Under the pieces are notes generated by a model. The model had not been told where the DNA came from and made no database searches. It saw only the letters and a program-made list of their open reading frames with translations. The translations under genes and the position numbers were made by a program. 64,000 bases of DNA from Octopus vulgaris (lineage: Eukaryota). Position 1 is the first letter of the stretch, and every line of letters begins with the position of its first letter. The stretch lies in contig OX597821.1 of assembly GCA_951406725.2 (NCBI GenBank), forward strand, positions 78,182,001 through 78,246,000. The letters are read 5' to 3'. Shown here piece by piece: positions 1-12,945 of the stretch.

Positions 1-35
1 TAGAAAATGCAAAAATAATTTAATAAAGAACATTT

Positions 36-71
36 CAGTACCGGTTTCACTCATTGAGACTTTTTCAACTG
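36..71 (-). ncRNA. Minimal hammerhead-like motif, U3-A8 core variant
   Basis: Reverse strand: cag TTGAAAA agtctcaatgagt GAAAC cg GTA ctg; stem II imperfect. Confidence 0.45.
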
Positions 72-302
72 CAACAATTAAATAATTAAATTTAGAAAAA
101 TTAAAACAAAAGTCTTTTTAAAAGAATACTTTTATAGTGTTCAAATTTTCCTTGTTTCTGTCTTTCTCTGTCTCTCTTGTTTACTCTTGTGGGTTGGAGG
201 TCGTTATGAATTCTTGGTAGGGAAGAAGAAGAAGGAGGAGGAGAAGGGGTGGAAGAAGACGAAGAATTTGGGAGTGACATGATTGTAGTATTTTCTTTTC
301 AT

Positions 303-343
<41 letters not shown>

Positions 344-449
344 TAAGCATGTGTGTGTACTTTTCTGTTATTTGCTTTTGATTCAGATTTTACCAGTGCC
401 ACGTAATTATTAAATATTTTTTCATCCATTCTTCTCTTAAAGCAGTCGT

Positions 450-492
<43 letters not shown>

Positions 493-1116
493 TCTCCTAG
501 CTCACACCTTCCTTCTGTGCAAGACACATCTCACACTCATTCACTTAGACACACACACCTATCACACCTTCCACATTCCTCTTGCCCAATTCTCGTTCGT
601 TCCTATCTCTTCACACATCCGCGCTTTCATCACACCCGCCAAACATACGAGTTCCGTATGTGCCATTTATCACACATTAATGCTCGTCTATACTTGCACA
701 TCAACATTCACCTTTCCTTCCTTCTTAACTTCCTTTCATAGAACCGCATTCCCTAACACTTCGTCTGCTTCTTTCTCTCTCTCACTGACAACTCCGTTTA
801 GGCAGTCCCACATGCTTTTGTCTTTCTTCCAGTAAAGGTCTCACGTCCGTAATGTTACAACTATTTCTATTCCCATTAAAGTGTTAAGTTAATACCACTT
901 ACGTTGAACCTTGTCTTTCTTGTAATATCTAATTTTATTGTTCATTTCATTCCCACTGTTTGTCTGTCTGTTTGTTCATCTAGTTATCTGTGTATATGTG
1001 CTATATGTACCTACATATGTATGTATGCATGTCTGTATGTATGTACGTATGTTTGTATGTATGTGTGTATAGAAGTAATAACGTAATGATACACAACTTC
1101 TGGAATAAAGCGTATT

Positions 1117-1166
1117 CTACTTGAAAAGGACTGAGATGACCAATTCGTTTATAAGTTTTTCATTGC
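1117..1166 (-). CDS. Gene A terminal coding exon 5 (GNEKLINELVISVLFK*)
   Basis: ttttcttttccag acceptor, in-frame TAG at 1117-1119; 50 nt; paralog at 40945-40994. Joined CDS is 729 nt = 242 aa + stop. Confidence 0.84.
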
Positions 1167-1321
1167 CTGGAAAAGAAAAGGTAAAATTTGTTAAAGATTT
1201 ATGAAGTTATCTGTATTTCTCAATGATCATGATTCGATATATACATACATTCATACATATCTGTATGAATGTTAACACGCACAAAGATACGTATATGCCA
1301 TGCACACAAACCAGGGAATAA

Positions 1322-1617
<296 letters not shown>

Positions 1618-1782
1618 ATTAGAAAAACCCCCACCTTTTATCAATTAAAAATGAACAATTAAATTACACCCTCTAGAAAATTATATATAATAGAAATATT
1701 AAAATTAAAATAACAATAAAATATCAATGATTAAGTAAATTGCAAAAAAATAAATAAAAACGTATATAATAGGTAGAATAAT

Positions 1783-1866
1783 GACACGTGTTTCGTGGCT
1801 ATATTTAAGAAATAATTATTGTAGTAGTAAAATCACTTCGATATAAATATAGCCACTCATCAGGTT
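1783..1866 (-). ncRNA. Hammerhead motif (intact core and 12-bp stem II, broken stem I)
   Basis: Reverse strand: CTGATGA gtggctatattt...aaatatagccac GAAAC acgt GTC. Confidence 0.6.
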
Positions 1867-1916
1867 CAAAATAAACTAGAATAATAAATAAATTAATTAA
1901 TAAATATACATTAGTA

Positions 1917-1957
<41 letters not shown>

Positions 1958-1958
<1 letters not shown>

Positions 1959-2118
1959 GGCACAGGAGTGGATGTGTGGTAAGTAGCTTGCTAACAAACC
2001 ACATGGTTCCGGGTTCAGTCCCACTGCGTGGCATTTTGGGCAAGTGTCTTCTGTTATAACCTCGGGCCGACCAAAGCCTTGTGAGTGGATGTGGTAGACG
2101 GAAACGGAAAGAAGCCTG

Positions 2119-2184
<66 letters not shown>

Positions 2185-2407
2185 GTATGTGTGTGTATAT
2201 GTTTATGTGTCTGTGTTTGTCCCTCTAGCATTGCTTGACGAGCGATACTGGTGTGTTTACATCCCCATCACTTAGCGATTCGGCAAAAGAGACCGATAGA
2301 ATAAGTACTGGGCTTTCAAAGAATTAGTCCCGAGGTCGATTTGCTCGACTAAAGGCGGTGCTTCAGCATGGCCGCAGTCAAATGACTGAAACGAGTAAAA
2401 GAGTAAA
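1958..2407 (+). mobile_element. tRNA-derived SINE with internal (TA)n/(TG)n tract (octopus-type)
   Basis: A-box-like tgtgtggtaag and B-box-like gggttcagtccc head, gggcaagtgtctt CORE-like segment, tail ...gactgaaacgagtaaaagagtaaa. Confidence 0.75.
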
Positions 2408-2780
2408 ATAGTATATATATATACATATATATATATACTTAATATACATAAGTGAAAACTAAAACAAAAATTATCAAATACTTTAAAATTAATTAAAATA
2501 TACAATGTTAGTACAAGTCATTAAATTGTAATCAAAATAAGAAATGGTTCAAATATAGACAGACTCATTAAATAAGCTAACTACATAATTAATGTACATG
2601 TGTAGTATCTATAGATTTGATATATTAATCTATAACATAGTTGACTAAATATCAACTAATATAATACCTAATTAACTTAAAATTTAATATTACATAATAA
2701 ATATACCACCTAATAATTAAATAATAAATTATCTAAGGAAATTAATTCTCAAATTAAATTAAATGTAATACGTTAGATCC

Positions 2781-2835
<55 letters not shown>

Positions 2836-2839
<4 letters not shown>

Positions 2840-3124
2840 CGTGATCACCGTGACCGACCAGGCTATCAAATGTTGCTACACATCGCTGGTCACAATGCGC
2901 TTCGCATTGTTTTTTAGCCGTCAAATGATGCCACCCCGCTGGCTAAGCGAGCAGGCCAACAGAAGAAAAAGTGAGAGAAACTTGTGGCGAAAGAGTACAG
3001 CAGGGATCGTGGAGCTTTAGATGTTTTCGCTCAATAAACACTCACAACGCCCGGTCTGGGAATCGAAACCGCGATCCTACGACCGCGAGTCTGCTACCCT
3101 AACCACTGGGCCATTGCGCCTCCA
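2836..3124 (-). mobile_element. tRNA-derived SINE
   Basis: Reverse strand ggaggcgcaatggcccagtggttaggg...ggtttcgattccc (A and B boxes); related copy at 6345-6552. Confidence 0.75.
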
Positions 3125-3853
3125 CACATACACACACACACATCTTCCCATTCTTTCTATCAATTTATCTTGACTGACCATTAACCAGCACACTTTCCTT
3201 CTCTTCATCTCTTTATTATCTTTCTCCCCGCTTTTCTTTCTTCTTTTTTCTACTCTTCTTTTTCTTTTCTTTATTCCTCCCTTCCTGTTTTCGATTTCAT
3301 CTTACAAATACATTCCCAACTATTAAGTCACTTTAAATAAAACCCTCGATTCAATAACACCGTGTACAAACTCTATACTTGGAATGACCAATTTTAAATA
3401 CTATTGGAACTTACTCACAAGGTACTAGAATCTTATATGTAAACCATTCTGCCTAAATAATGGATCTACAGATTCAATATCCCTGCATATCTCACTTCTG
3501 TTTTCATTCCTCCACTTCACTCTCTATTTCATATCTTATCTAAAATAACTATTGCTTAACCATTCTCTCGCACCGTCTCCGATGAAGGGATATATAAAAT
3601 ATCCTTGAAACAGCTGTGAGACCTTCTATTTATAAATGTTCTAAAATCCTTCACAGCCTTGGATTTTTATCTTATTCTGAAAATGTTTTTCTGATATATG
3701 ACCTACGTTGGACTCTTCATTCACATAATCACCGAACCTGACACTTAACTATAGTCTGTCCATAACACTTACTCAGCATTACCTGACACCTTTCGGTCTT
3801 ATTGACACCATTACCTCTTATAACCCCCACCTCTCTCTCTTTCTCTCTCTCTC

Positions 3854-3897
<44 letters not shown>

Positions 3898-4004
3898 TAC
3901 AGACAAATATATATACTCATAGACACACATAATATATATGTATATACAAACATACTATCATACTATTATTTGCACTCAGAAACAGAATGATACATTTTTC
4001 ATAC

Positions 4005-4114
4005 CATTTTCAGAGTAATAAATTTTATAATTTCCACTTTCCCTTTTGGTTTCCATCCAGTTATCGTCACTAGGACCGTGTGTATAATCGATGCGAAAAT
4101 ACGGTTCTGTGATA
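4005..4114 (-). CDS. Gene A coding exon 4 (DITEPYFRID...NWMETKRESGNYKIYYSEN)
   Basis: ttgtag acceptor and G|gtatga donor; 110 nt, phase 2 to 1; paralog at 44706-44815 with alignable flanking intron. Confidence 0.84.
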
Positions 4115-4170
4115 CTACAATTGATAAATAGAACAAGGTTTGTCATAATGAAAACTTGAACAACGATGCC

Positions 4171-5376
4171 CAAACATGAGAGAAATAAATAGACACCCCA
4201 TATAACATCATTATATGAATAGTATATATGTTTTTGTTAATTGACATTTTTATGGTTCAGTTTCTATATGTGTTTAATCTGGCCACGTACAAAAGAGGCC
4301 TTAGAACTGTCCGAATTTCAAAGAGGCCGTATTGTCAGTCAATCTGAAGGTGGATTTCGCCAACGTAAAATTGCAGAAAACCTTGGGATGCCGCTTTCTA
4401 CAGTTAATAGAGTGATTGTGCAAGTCAGCAGAGAAGGGAAGGAGTTCACATCACTTCGCCCAGTTCGATTAGGGTCTTCTGACAGGACCCTTCGCTTTGT
4501 TGAGAGAAGAAGTATGGAGGATAATCCTCGTTGTGAGGTGTCTGGCATAGTAGAACAAGTTGATGTCGGTCTCAGAGCAGCTGTCAGACATCTTGGCTGC
4601 TATGGCAAAGCAGAAAGAAGGAAGCCACATCTTCGGCAAGCCACTATTAAGTGGAGGAGAAGAGAGGGCCAATAACATGGTGGAGGGACCACTAGCATTT
4701 CGGGACACTGTAATATTCTCTCATGAGTCCATATTTGCTGTATTGTCTGACAGTGATTGAGTGTTGGTCTGGAGACTCTATGGTCAAGAATTTGATGTGA
4801 AGAGATTGCAGTCAGCAATGAAACACAGTGGCTATTCTTTGACAGCCTGGGGAACAATTTTTAGTAATGGTTGAGGGAAACATAAACTCAAATAAATATA
4901 TGTCCATATTGCCGAAGTGATTCTTCCCAATCTTCTCCAGAGGTAAAATAATTAAAGGAGTCTCTCTTTTTATGGAAGATGGGGCTCCTTGTCACACGGC
5001 TAAAAGGACCCAAGATTGGTTGGAAGAGAATGACATTAAGAAGCTCCAACGCCCAAGCTAGTCACAAGATATGAATCCTATTGAATCCATTTGGGGCATA
5101 ATGGACGGGATATTTCGTAAAAAGGATAATGAGGCATGCTCCCAGTCAGATCTTCTGAGTTTACTGCATGTAACGTGGCAATACATTCCTGAAGAGAATA
5201 TTTATCAAATCAGTAACATGCCTAATAGTGTCCTTGCATTGAAAAATGCCAAGAGCATGTCTACTAAATATTAGATATTCACATTATAAGAATCAATACA
5301 TAATTTGAATATATAATTTCAGATTTAAATAAAGTTTAATGATTTTATGACTGTCTATTTACTTCTGTCGTGTCTG
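4171..5376 (+). mobile_element. Tc1-like DNA transposon, decayed, with ~26-bp TIRs
   Basis: [21 protein letters not shown] and MNPIESIW motifs with stops and frameshifts; TIR caaacatgagagaaataaatagacac vs reverse complement cagacacgacagaagtaaatagacag. Confidence 0.85.
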
Positions 5377-6344
5377 TTTATTTATGATAATCAATTCTGC
5401 TTAATTAAATTGACGAATTTACCTTTCCACCATTGAGATTAGTGAGTGTCTCATAGCCCGTTTGTAATTCACGCTATAGAACGTATAAATAACGTGTAAT
5501 TGGGTAAATCAGATCTTGTTATTGAGCTTCAGTTCAGGTGTGATCAAGAAAATCTTTGATCAAAAAGCTTTCCAACAATCGCAAACCTGTCATATTTCCT
5601 TGTTAGACAGAATGTACTCCGAATCACATCGACTAATGATGGTAAAGTGCTATTTGATTGGAAAAATCATTGAGAATATTTTAGAAAACCAGATACTGCG
5701 TCAACTCCTACTTGTCTTAAGATTGGAATCGCGTAATTCCCCTCCGCAAATTTTAGTTCTTGTATTTACCTTACAAATAATTATAGAAGGTTAGCAGTTT
5801 AGCATTTGGAATGGCCTGTGTGGAATGGCGTAGGTGTATGCTTTCAGTTCTTTATGTTCTGAGTTCAAATTTACCCCCAGAATCGATAGATTAAAGCAAC
5901 GGTTATACACTGGAGACGATGTATTAGATTATGCCTCAGAAAACCCCCGGCTTTATCCTTAAATTAGAAACTATTGTTGATATTTCTGTGATACTTTTAT
6001 GAAAGTTTTAATTGCAACGCTTGTTGCATCTCTGTGTTTTGGAAATGTGTGTAGCATTTTCTGTGTTCTCATTTTTATGTGTGATTGACTAGTATAGATC
6101 TAACCTGTTTGAACTGTGTATAAGTTTGTTTTGCTGCAGCGTTCAGCCTGTTGTTTCATGTGAAATATCAGTGTTTGATGATTTCTTGCGTAGTGTATGG
6201 AATATGAGTTGTGTTACTTTATTAGGCATTAATCTTGTAAAGTATATATTGCATGAGTTGTACTGTTTTATTTTATTAGGTGATTATTTTATTGATTGTA
6301 TTGTGTGTTTGAAGATTGTTCGATTTGGATTGTGCTGTTGGATT

Positions 6345-6552
6345 AATAACGCTTCGCGCAAGATGCAGGAGGAAAGAGTAAGAGAAAGTCGTGGCGAAGA
6401 AGTCAGCAGAAGTTTGCCATTACCTTCTGCCGGAGCCGCGTGGAGCTTAGGTGTTTCGCTCATAAACATACACAACGGCCGGTCTGAGATTCGAACCCGC
6501 GATCCCTCGACTGCGAGTCCACTACTCTAACCACTAGGCCACGTGACTCCAC
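6345..6552 (-). mobile_element. tRNA-derived SINE, related to 2836-3124
   Basis: tggcctagtggttagag...gggttcgaatctc head and shared gagcgaaacacctaagctccacg body. Confidence 0.7.
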
Positions 6553-6574
6553 ATGTTTATATTTTCTCTCATAC

Positions 6575-6760
6575 CTAATAATTTCGAAAGATGGCTTCAA
6601 TATTTGTATCTTTCATCATACCTAAATAATTTCCAAATATCATTGGAATGGTTTTCACTTTGAAGCCCCACATCTTAAATATTTCTATTTGAAGATCCTT
6701 TCTTATTGATAGTTTTCTACTACTTTTATGGTAATGTTTCAGTGAAAAAGGTTTCCAGTT
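6575..6760 (-). mobile_element. Decayed R4/Dong-like LINE 3' fragment
   Basis: KDLQIEIFKMWGFKVKTIPMIFG resembles the RLE C-terminus of 9436-9714. Confidence 0.5.
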
Positions 6761-7577
6761 GATGATCTTTCCTCTGTTACTCCTCATATTATACTCCCGG
6801 TGGGACTCGCTATTGTCCCTGAATACAAGACCACTTTGAGAAATCCCCAAATAACGAAGATTAAGATTAAACTAGCAGGTCACATACTTCGACTACCAGA
6901 ACTACACATTCTAAATTAGCTTTAGAGAAAAAGAAAGAAATATACATGACGCAGAACATTCATAACCGAAATGAGAGATGTTAATATAAAATGGCCAGAT
7001 GCAGAGAAAATTGCAGCCAACAAAAGCCAGTGGCATCAACCTACTGATGCTGATGCTGAGAAGGATATCTGGTCAATGGTATTCATTTCTCTCTGTTTGG
7101 ATGTCAAAAATCCTATAGAAGATTTTGGTTTGCCATCTCCGTAATGAACCTTTTGTAGTTCCTGATTGTACCTTTTGTCTGAGGTGTTATGTCCCTATAA
7201 TAATTTTGCAGGTAAATATAAACCTTATGACGTCGGGGAAACAAAGCTTGCTAAGATATAATTATTATTGTCCATTTGCTGATAATATAAGCGGCCATTA
7301 CCCGTTGAAAATATGGAATAAATATCCACACCCAACTAAATTAATGCTTAAAGCTTTAACTTGAGCAACCATCCACGGACTTTTAATTCCTATTTATAAA
7401 TCTCCATTCTGCGATGAGTCATGATGTTTCGCAAACTTGGTTTCTCCGTGGAACCCTCTGTGTAAAAGCATTTCTTCTAACATTTGCATTCTGACACAAA
7501 TCTTTGTTGTTCTTTCATTATCTTTAAGTTCAACAAAAATCTTAGTTCTGTTACAGCATCAATATTTGTTTTTGTTG

Positions 7578-7652
<75 letters not shown>
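7578..7652. repeat. (CTA)n microsatellite
   Basis: Direct reading. Confidence 0.95.
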
Positions 7653-7920
7653 AAACAATGAATGTAAGAAACGCAAGGTGCCAAATAATGCAACTGGTGA
7701 TAGTTTATTTCCTTAACGTTTTGAGTTCAAATCCTAGCAAGCCAACACTTGCCTCTCATTATTCCAGGCTCGGTAAATTGATACCAGTTAATTAGTGAAA
7801 TCAATAGAATTGCTTTCTCTCTTCCCTCAAAATAAGCGATTATTCTTTGACAGCGAGAAATCATTATTATTATCACGAAAACCTTAAAGCGGTTAACACA
7901 AATAAGGAGATAATATATAC

Positions 7921-8069
7921 TCATTGTTGGATGTAAAGTTGAACTGATAACTGCTCGACAAACTATGTTCAATGAGTTTATCATTTCGGTACCACGATGT
8001 AGCATTCGTCCCTGTTCCATTGAATATGAATTTGTAATATCCGCCAGATGCGATTAATCGAAATTCAAC
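7921..8069 (-). CDS. Gene A coding exon 3 (VEFRL...FIFNGTGTNATSWY...FTSNN)
   Basis: tttgcag acceptor and GA|gtatat donor; 149 nt, phase 0 to 2; paralog at 49241-49389. Confidence 0.86.
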
Positions 8070-8104
8070 CTGCAAATGAAAAGATGACGAGGATTGATAA
8101 AGAA

Positions 8105-8169
<65 letters not shown>

Positions 8170-8430
8170 TGAGTAGCAGAAAGAGAAAGAATATAAGGAT
8201 GACATATATATATATATATATATATGAAAAAACAAGTCAAAAATAGAAAATGACATATATATATATATATATATATGAAAAAACAAGTCAAAAATAGAAA
8301 ATGCTAAGATGATTTTATAGTGAATCTTTCAGATAATGAACCACCGCTCGGCGACGGATATATATATGTAGCGAGAGAGACAGAGAAGAAGCGAAAGGGT
8401 AAAATATCGTGTGTATGTCTGTCTGTGTAT

Positions 8431-8461
<31 letters not shown>

Positions 8462-8507
8462 CATATATATATCTTTGTCTCGGTATATATATATATCTTT
8501 GTCTTGG

Positions 8508-8538
<31 letters not shown>

Positions 8539-9424
8539 ACCGAGACAAAGAGTGATATAGATAGATAGAGAGAGGGAGAGAGAGAGAGAGGGAGAGAGAG
8601 GCGGAAATAAAGAAAGATCTGAGAGAGCACAATTGTGATTGAAATGCTCGATAAAGGAAGCGAAAGTGTTCGGGTTTAGGAAAAAATATTCGTGATTTAC
8701 AAGGCAAAGAATTGGACTATGTATTGGGATTTCGATATTTTTGCAAAAGTTCTGTTGCATCTTTGAAGAGTACAAAATCATGACAAATTCAGAACAGAAA
8801 CAAAACCAAAGACAAAATCAGCAAGTATCAATTCCATCTCAATGTAACATTGGTATTCGTTAAGTTCTATTTAAATTTCACTCATCCAGCAATTCTTATG
8901 AAAATGCGAAACAAAACACTTATCTCTGAGCCACAATCATATCTTTATCTCTATCTCTCTTTCTGTAACCCGCGTTTACTAAATTTTATATACCTAAACT
9001 TATAACCACTCACCATACCCATTTTGAACTTAGTATAGCGGTTCAAATATCTTGTTATTCCGCTTGAAAGTAATTATTCCATGTTGATCCAAGTTCACTT
9101 GCTCTTTCAGCGCTCTTCAAACTCCTTAAATCGCCTTTCTTATTTGTTTCAATGTCCGAAATACCTTTTACACCTTTCATTCTTTCTACTCCAACACACC
9201 TGTAGAGAAATTGACTCCTTCGTCATTCGGATCTTTTAATACCAGTTTATATCATAACCAATACACCGAATCAATCTCCAAACACTCCTAGTTTTGTTGC
9301 TGATTATGAACTCCTCGTATCTTATGGTAGGACGTTTGGCTCAATATTTAATAATTTCTGGTGGAATAATGAGAGGAAAAGTCGACCTCGGAGGCGGGAC
9401 GTAGTTAGAACTTTGTATATGTCG

Positions 9425-10282
9425 AGAGTATCTCATCATAATACTATCATTCCCAGGGCACCTATGACAACAGGTATTGTTTTAGTCTTCAGGCTCCACA
9501 TTTTGCTGATTTCTATTTCAAGATCTTTATATTTGCTCAGTTTTTGGTAGGTCTTGACAGATACGTTTATATCGATTGGGACAGTCATATCAATGAGGAG
9601 GCATGTTCTTTGTTTGAAGTCTTTCAATATGATGTCTGGCCTATTTGCATCTATCTTTCTGTCAGTTTGAATGGGGAAGTTCCAGAGGAGGGAGGTGTGG
9701 TCATTTTCAAGCACTGGGGGTGGTTTGTGTTCCCACCAGTTTTTTTTTCATGGGGCAAATCCAGGTTTTTGCAGATTACCCAGTGAATATATTGTGCAGC
9801 TCTATCATGCCTGTTGAGATACTCTGTAGGCGCTAGAAGACTGCACTTGGAGACAACATGATCAATAGTTTCATTTTGTTGCTGACATACCCGACATGTT
9901 GGGCTACTACCGTTCTTTAATATGTTGGTCTGGTAGTTTCTTGTTGGTAGGCATTGATCTTGAGCTGCTATGATAAACCCCTCTGTTTCAGATTTTAAGC
10001 CATTGATGGGTCAGGGCTTTATCAACATCTGCATTATTCGCTCTCTTTGGGTATTTGCCATAGAGAGGTTTTTCTTGCCATTTATCATTCAGAATATCTA
10101 AAGCCGCAGTTTTAGCACAGGTTTTCATGCGCTTAGCTTGTTTCTTGTATGTCTATCTCTAATTCCGAAATTTGTTGTATTCGGAATTCACTTAGATATT
10201 CCTTTGTCTGTTTTCTTACTGAGTATGATGCTTTCTTGTTTTCACGTTTTGAGACAAGTTTTAACATCCAGTCCTCAGAGTT
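9425..10282 (-). mobile_element. R4/Dong-clade RLE non-LTR retrotransposon fragment
   Basis: AAQDQ, CRVC..ETIDHVVSKC zinc knuckle, NRPDII...LIDMTVP...KLSKYKDL restriction-like endonuclease; 5' junction abuts (AAT)n. Confidence 0.88.
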
Positions 10283-10296
10283 TATTATTATTATTA

Positions 10297-10388
<92 letters not shown>
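10282..10388. repeat. (ATT)n/(AAT)n tract; others at 10595-10675, 12335-12430, 50780-50850, 52715-52865, 53148-53261, 58123-58198
   Basis: Direct reading. Confidence 0.95.
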
Positions 10389-10592
10389 GCGAGCTGGCAG
10401 AAACGTTTGCACGCCGGGCGAAATCCTTAGCAGAATTTCGCCTGTCTTTACGTTCTGAGTTTGAACTCCGCCGAGGTCGACTTTGCCTTTCATCATTTCG
10501 GCGTCGATAAATTAAGTACCAGTTGTACACTAAGGTCGATCTAATCGACTGGCCCCTCACACCAAATTTCGGGCCTTGTGCCTAGAGTAGAA
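10389..10592 (+). mobile_element. SINE with Nin/Deu-like domain (copies also at ~13618-13810, 38340-38525 minus, 40318-40615, 58200-58355, 58432-58635)
   Basis: gcgagctggcagaa...gagttcaaattccgccgaggtcgactttgcctttcatcctttcg...gtcgataaa recurs at least 6 times. Confidence 0.75.
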
Positions 10593-10594
10593 AA

Positions 10595-10646
<52 letters not shown>

Positions 10647-10675
10647 GCATTATTATTATTATTATTATTATTATT

Positions 10676-12334
10676 GCCTTTGCACAGCTTCTAATATTAG
10701 AGATGTACTACATTCTCAGCTGTTCACTACCAGTGACCTAAGGTAACATCTCTTAGTTTTCAAGCACCTTCCGGAGTGTTCGAGCGGTTCCAAGCAGTGC
10801 TGCTTGCAGTCCATGTTTCTTCCACGTATTCTTGAGATTTTTACTCAATGTTCCCAGGGCTCCGACAATTATTGGTACCACTACCACCTTTTTCATCGAC
10901 AACAACTGCTTTACCTCCCAAGCTAACCTGTCATACCTCTCGACTTTTCTTTGTACCTTATCGCATACCTTGTTGTCAGCTGGGCGTGCTATATCTATGA
11001 TCCAGTATAGTTTACTTTCTTTGTCAATTATGACTATGTCCGGCTTCCTATTCTCTATCTCATAGTCGCACTGAATCATAAAATCCCATAGGATCTTTGC
11101 ATTTCCATTTTCGATGATGTCTTCGGGTTTGTGGTCGTACCAATTTTCTCTGTCAAGACCTTGCTTGTTACAGAGTATACAATGGGCAAGCCTGGCTATA
11201 TTGTCATGACGTGTCTTATATTCCTTCTGGGCTAGTGGCGTTCATTGACTGTTAATATGCCATACGGTTTCACCATTTAGTCCAAAATTTCTGTGCTTAT
11301 CACTTTCTGATGTGTTGTCTATTCTGTATTTGATGTAATTGGTTCTTAATGCTTGCTCTTGGGCAGCATAGATTAGAGCCTCCGTTTCCAGATTTAAATC
11401 GCTTTTAGTCATCCAAAGCCATCTTTTTTCTCTGTCTGTCTTATCTTCAACATCCCTGTGGAATTATCCATGCATTCTTTTCTTTACCCAGCTATTTTCA
11501 GTTTCATTGGTTTTCAGTTGCTTATACAGTGCTTTATCTTTGCAATCTTCCATCCTACACAAGCCTGACCTTCTTACTTCTAATAATAGCGGTTCTGTGG
11601 CATTTCTTTTACATACCATGTTATGTTTTTTCTGCTATAATGCTGTGTTCGCATCCAGTAAGTCCGCTTCCTCTTCTTGTTACATATAGTCTATCTATGT
11701 CACTTTTTGGTTGGAGTGAACTATATCTAGTCAGCAACTTCCTTGTCTTTCTGTCTAAGCTGTTTAGTTCGTCTACTGTCCATGCGATTACCTCTGCTCC
11801 ATATCTACGGAGTGAAACCGTCCAGGTGTTGATAGTTTTAATCTTATTCCGTCCATTTAATTTTGACTTGAATATCAATCTCAGTCTGCGCAAGTACACC
11901 ACCATAAATTTTTCTGTCATTTTTTCCCCATCAATTTATCCATTTCCAGTATCCCCATGTTCTTATAGCCCGTCTTCTCTATCTGCTTCATAACCTCCCC
12001 CGACGGTATCGTTAGCCCGTCAATACATTTGATTTTGCTTCTCTTCAAGACTAACACACCACACTTTCTCTGTCCGAACTCCATTCTGATATCAGCAATG
12101 AAGGTATACACCGTATCAATGAAGGAACTGACTTGAGCGTCATCTTCACCATAAAGTTTGAAGTCATCCATGAATAACAAATTGTTGACTTTTTGTTGGC
12201 GGCTTTTGAATACGTACCCAGCTTTTGCTTTCCTCAGAATCAGTGTTAGTGGTGTCAAGCACAGTACAAAGATCTGTGGGGACAGGCAGTCCCCCTGGAA
12301 AATGTCCCTCACGATTTCTACTGTATGCTGTCAG
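10676..12334 (-). mobile_element. R4/Dong-clade LINE, 5'-truncated (RT + zinc knuckle + RLE + 3'UTR)
   Basis: IFQGDCLSP and LLFMDD RT motifs, RKPDIV RLE motif; flanked on both sides by (AAT)n; same family at 51363-52372. Confidence 0.9.
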
Positions 12335-12430
<96 letters not shown>

Positions 12431-12432
<2 letters not shown>

Positions 12433-12945
12433 ATTTATTGATTGAGGGAACAGCGTATGTCATCAAAGTGAAACTGTGATACAAATATAAGAAGCCTAAT
12501 ATACCAATCTTGACTGCCTGTCTGGTAATGTTACACCAGGTACAGGCATCACAACCATATGTGCGCGAAATGGTGATCTTACATCGAGACAAACAGTGCA
12601 TGACCTTACAGGTGGGGCCCAGTTGTATTTTCCTTGAGAGTGAGTAGCGTATTTTGCTCAAGAGATCCCTGAAGAAGATTTGTTTTAAGGATGATGAATG
12701 AAACACCCATGTTTCTAGAGGGGAATAATTCAAATCCCTAAGAATTCCTCTCAACACATGGCTATGATGCTCCCCCACTACTTCTGCACCTGATCAGAGA
12801 TGCACATATTGTCAGCCATTAAGGAACGTGCTCAAGTGGTTAAGGTCAAGCAACTGACAATCAAATCTGTGGTAGTGACCAGATTATTTGCTGTAGCTCA
12901 TCTTTTATACCAAGACAAAACAATTTGCATGATAACACTTCCACT
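12431..12945 (-). repeat. Non-coding ~500-bp interspersed repeat ending in (AAT)n (copies 50850-51297 and 52880-53147)
   Basis: Three alignable copies sharing catatggttgtgatgc...tgtacc; each ends at an (AAT)n tract. Confidence 0.75.

Noticed and set aside
3045-3124. Possible tRNA genes (also 6480-6552 and 46874-46945)
   Set aside because: A/B boxes are present but there is no proper acceptor stem, and they continue into repeat bodies; these are SINE heads.
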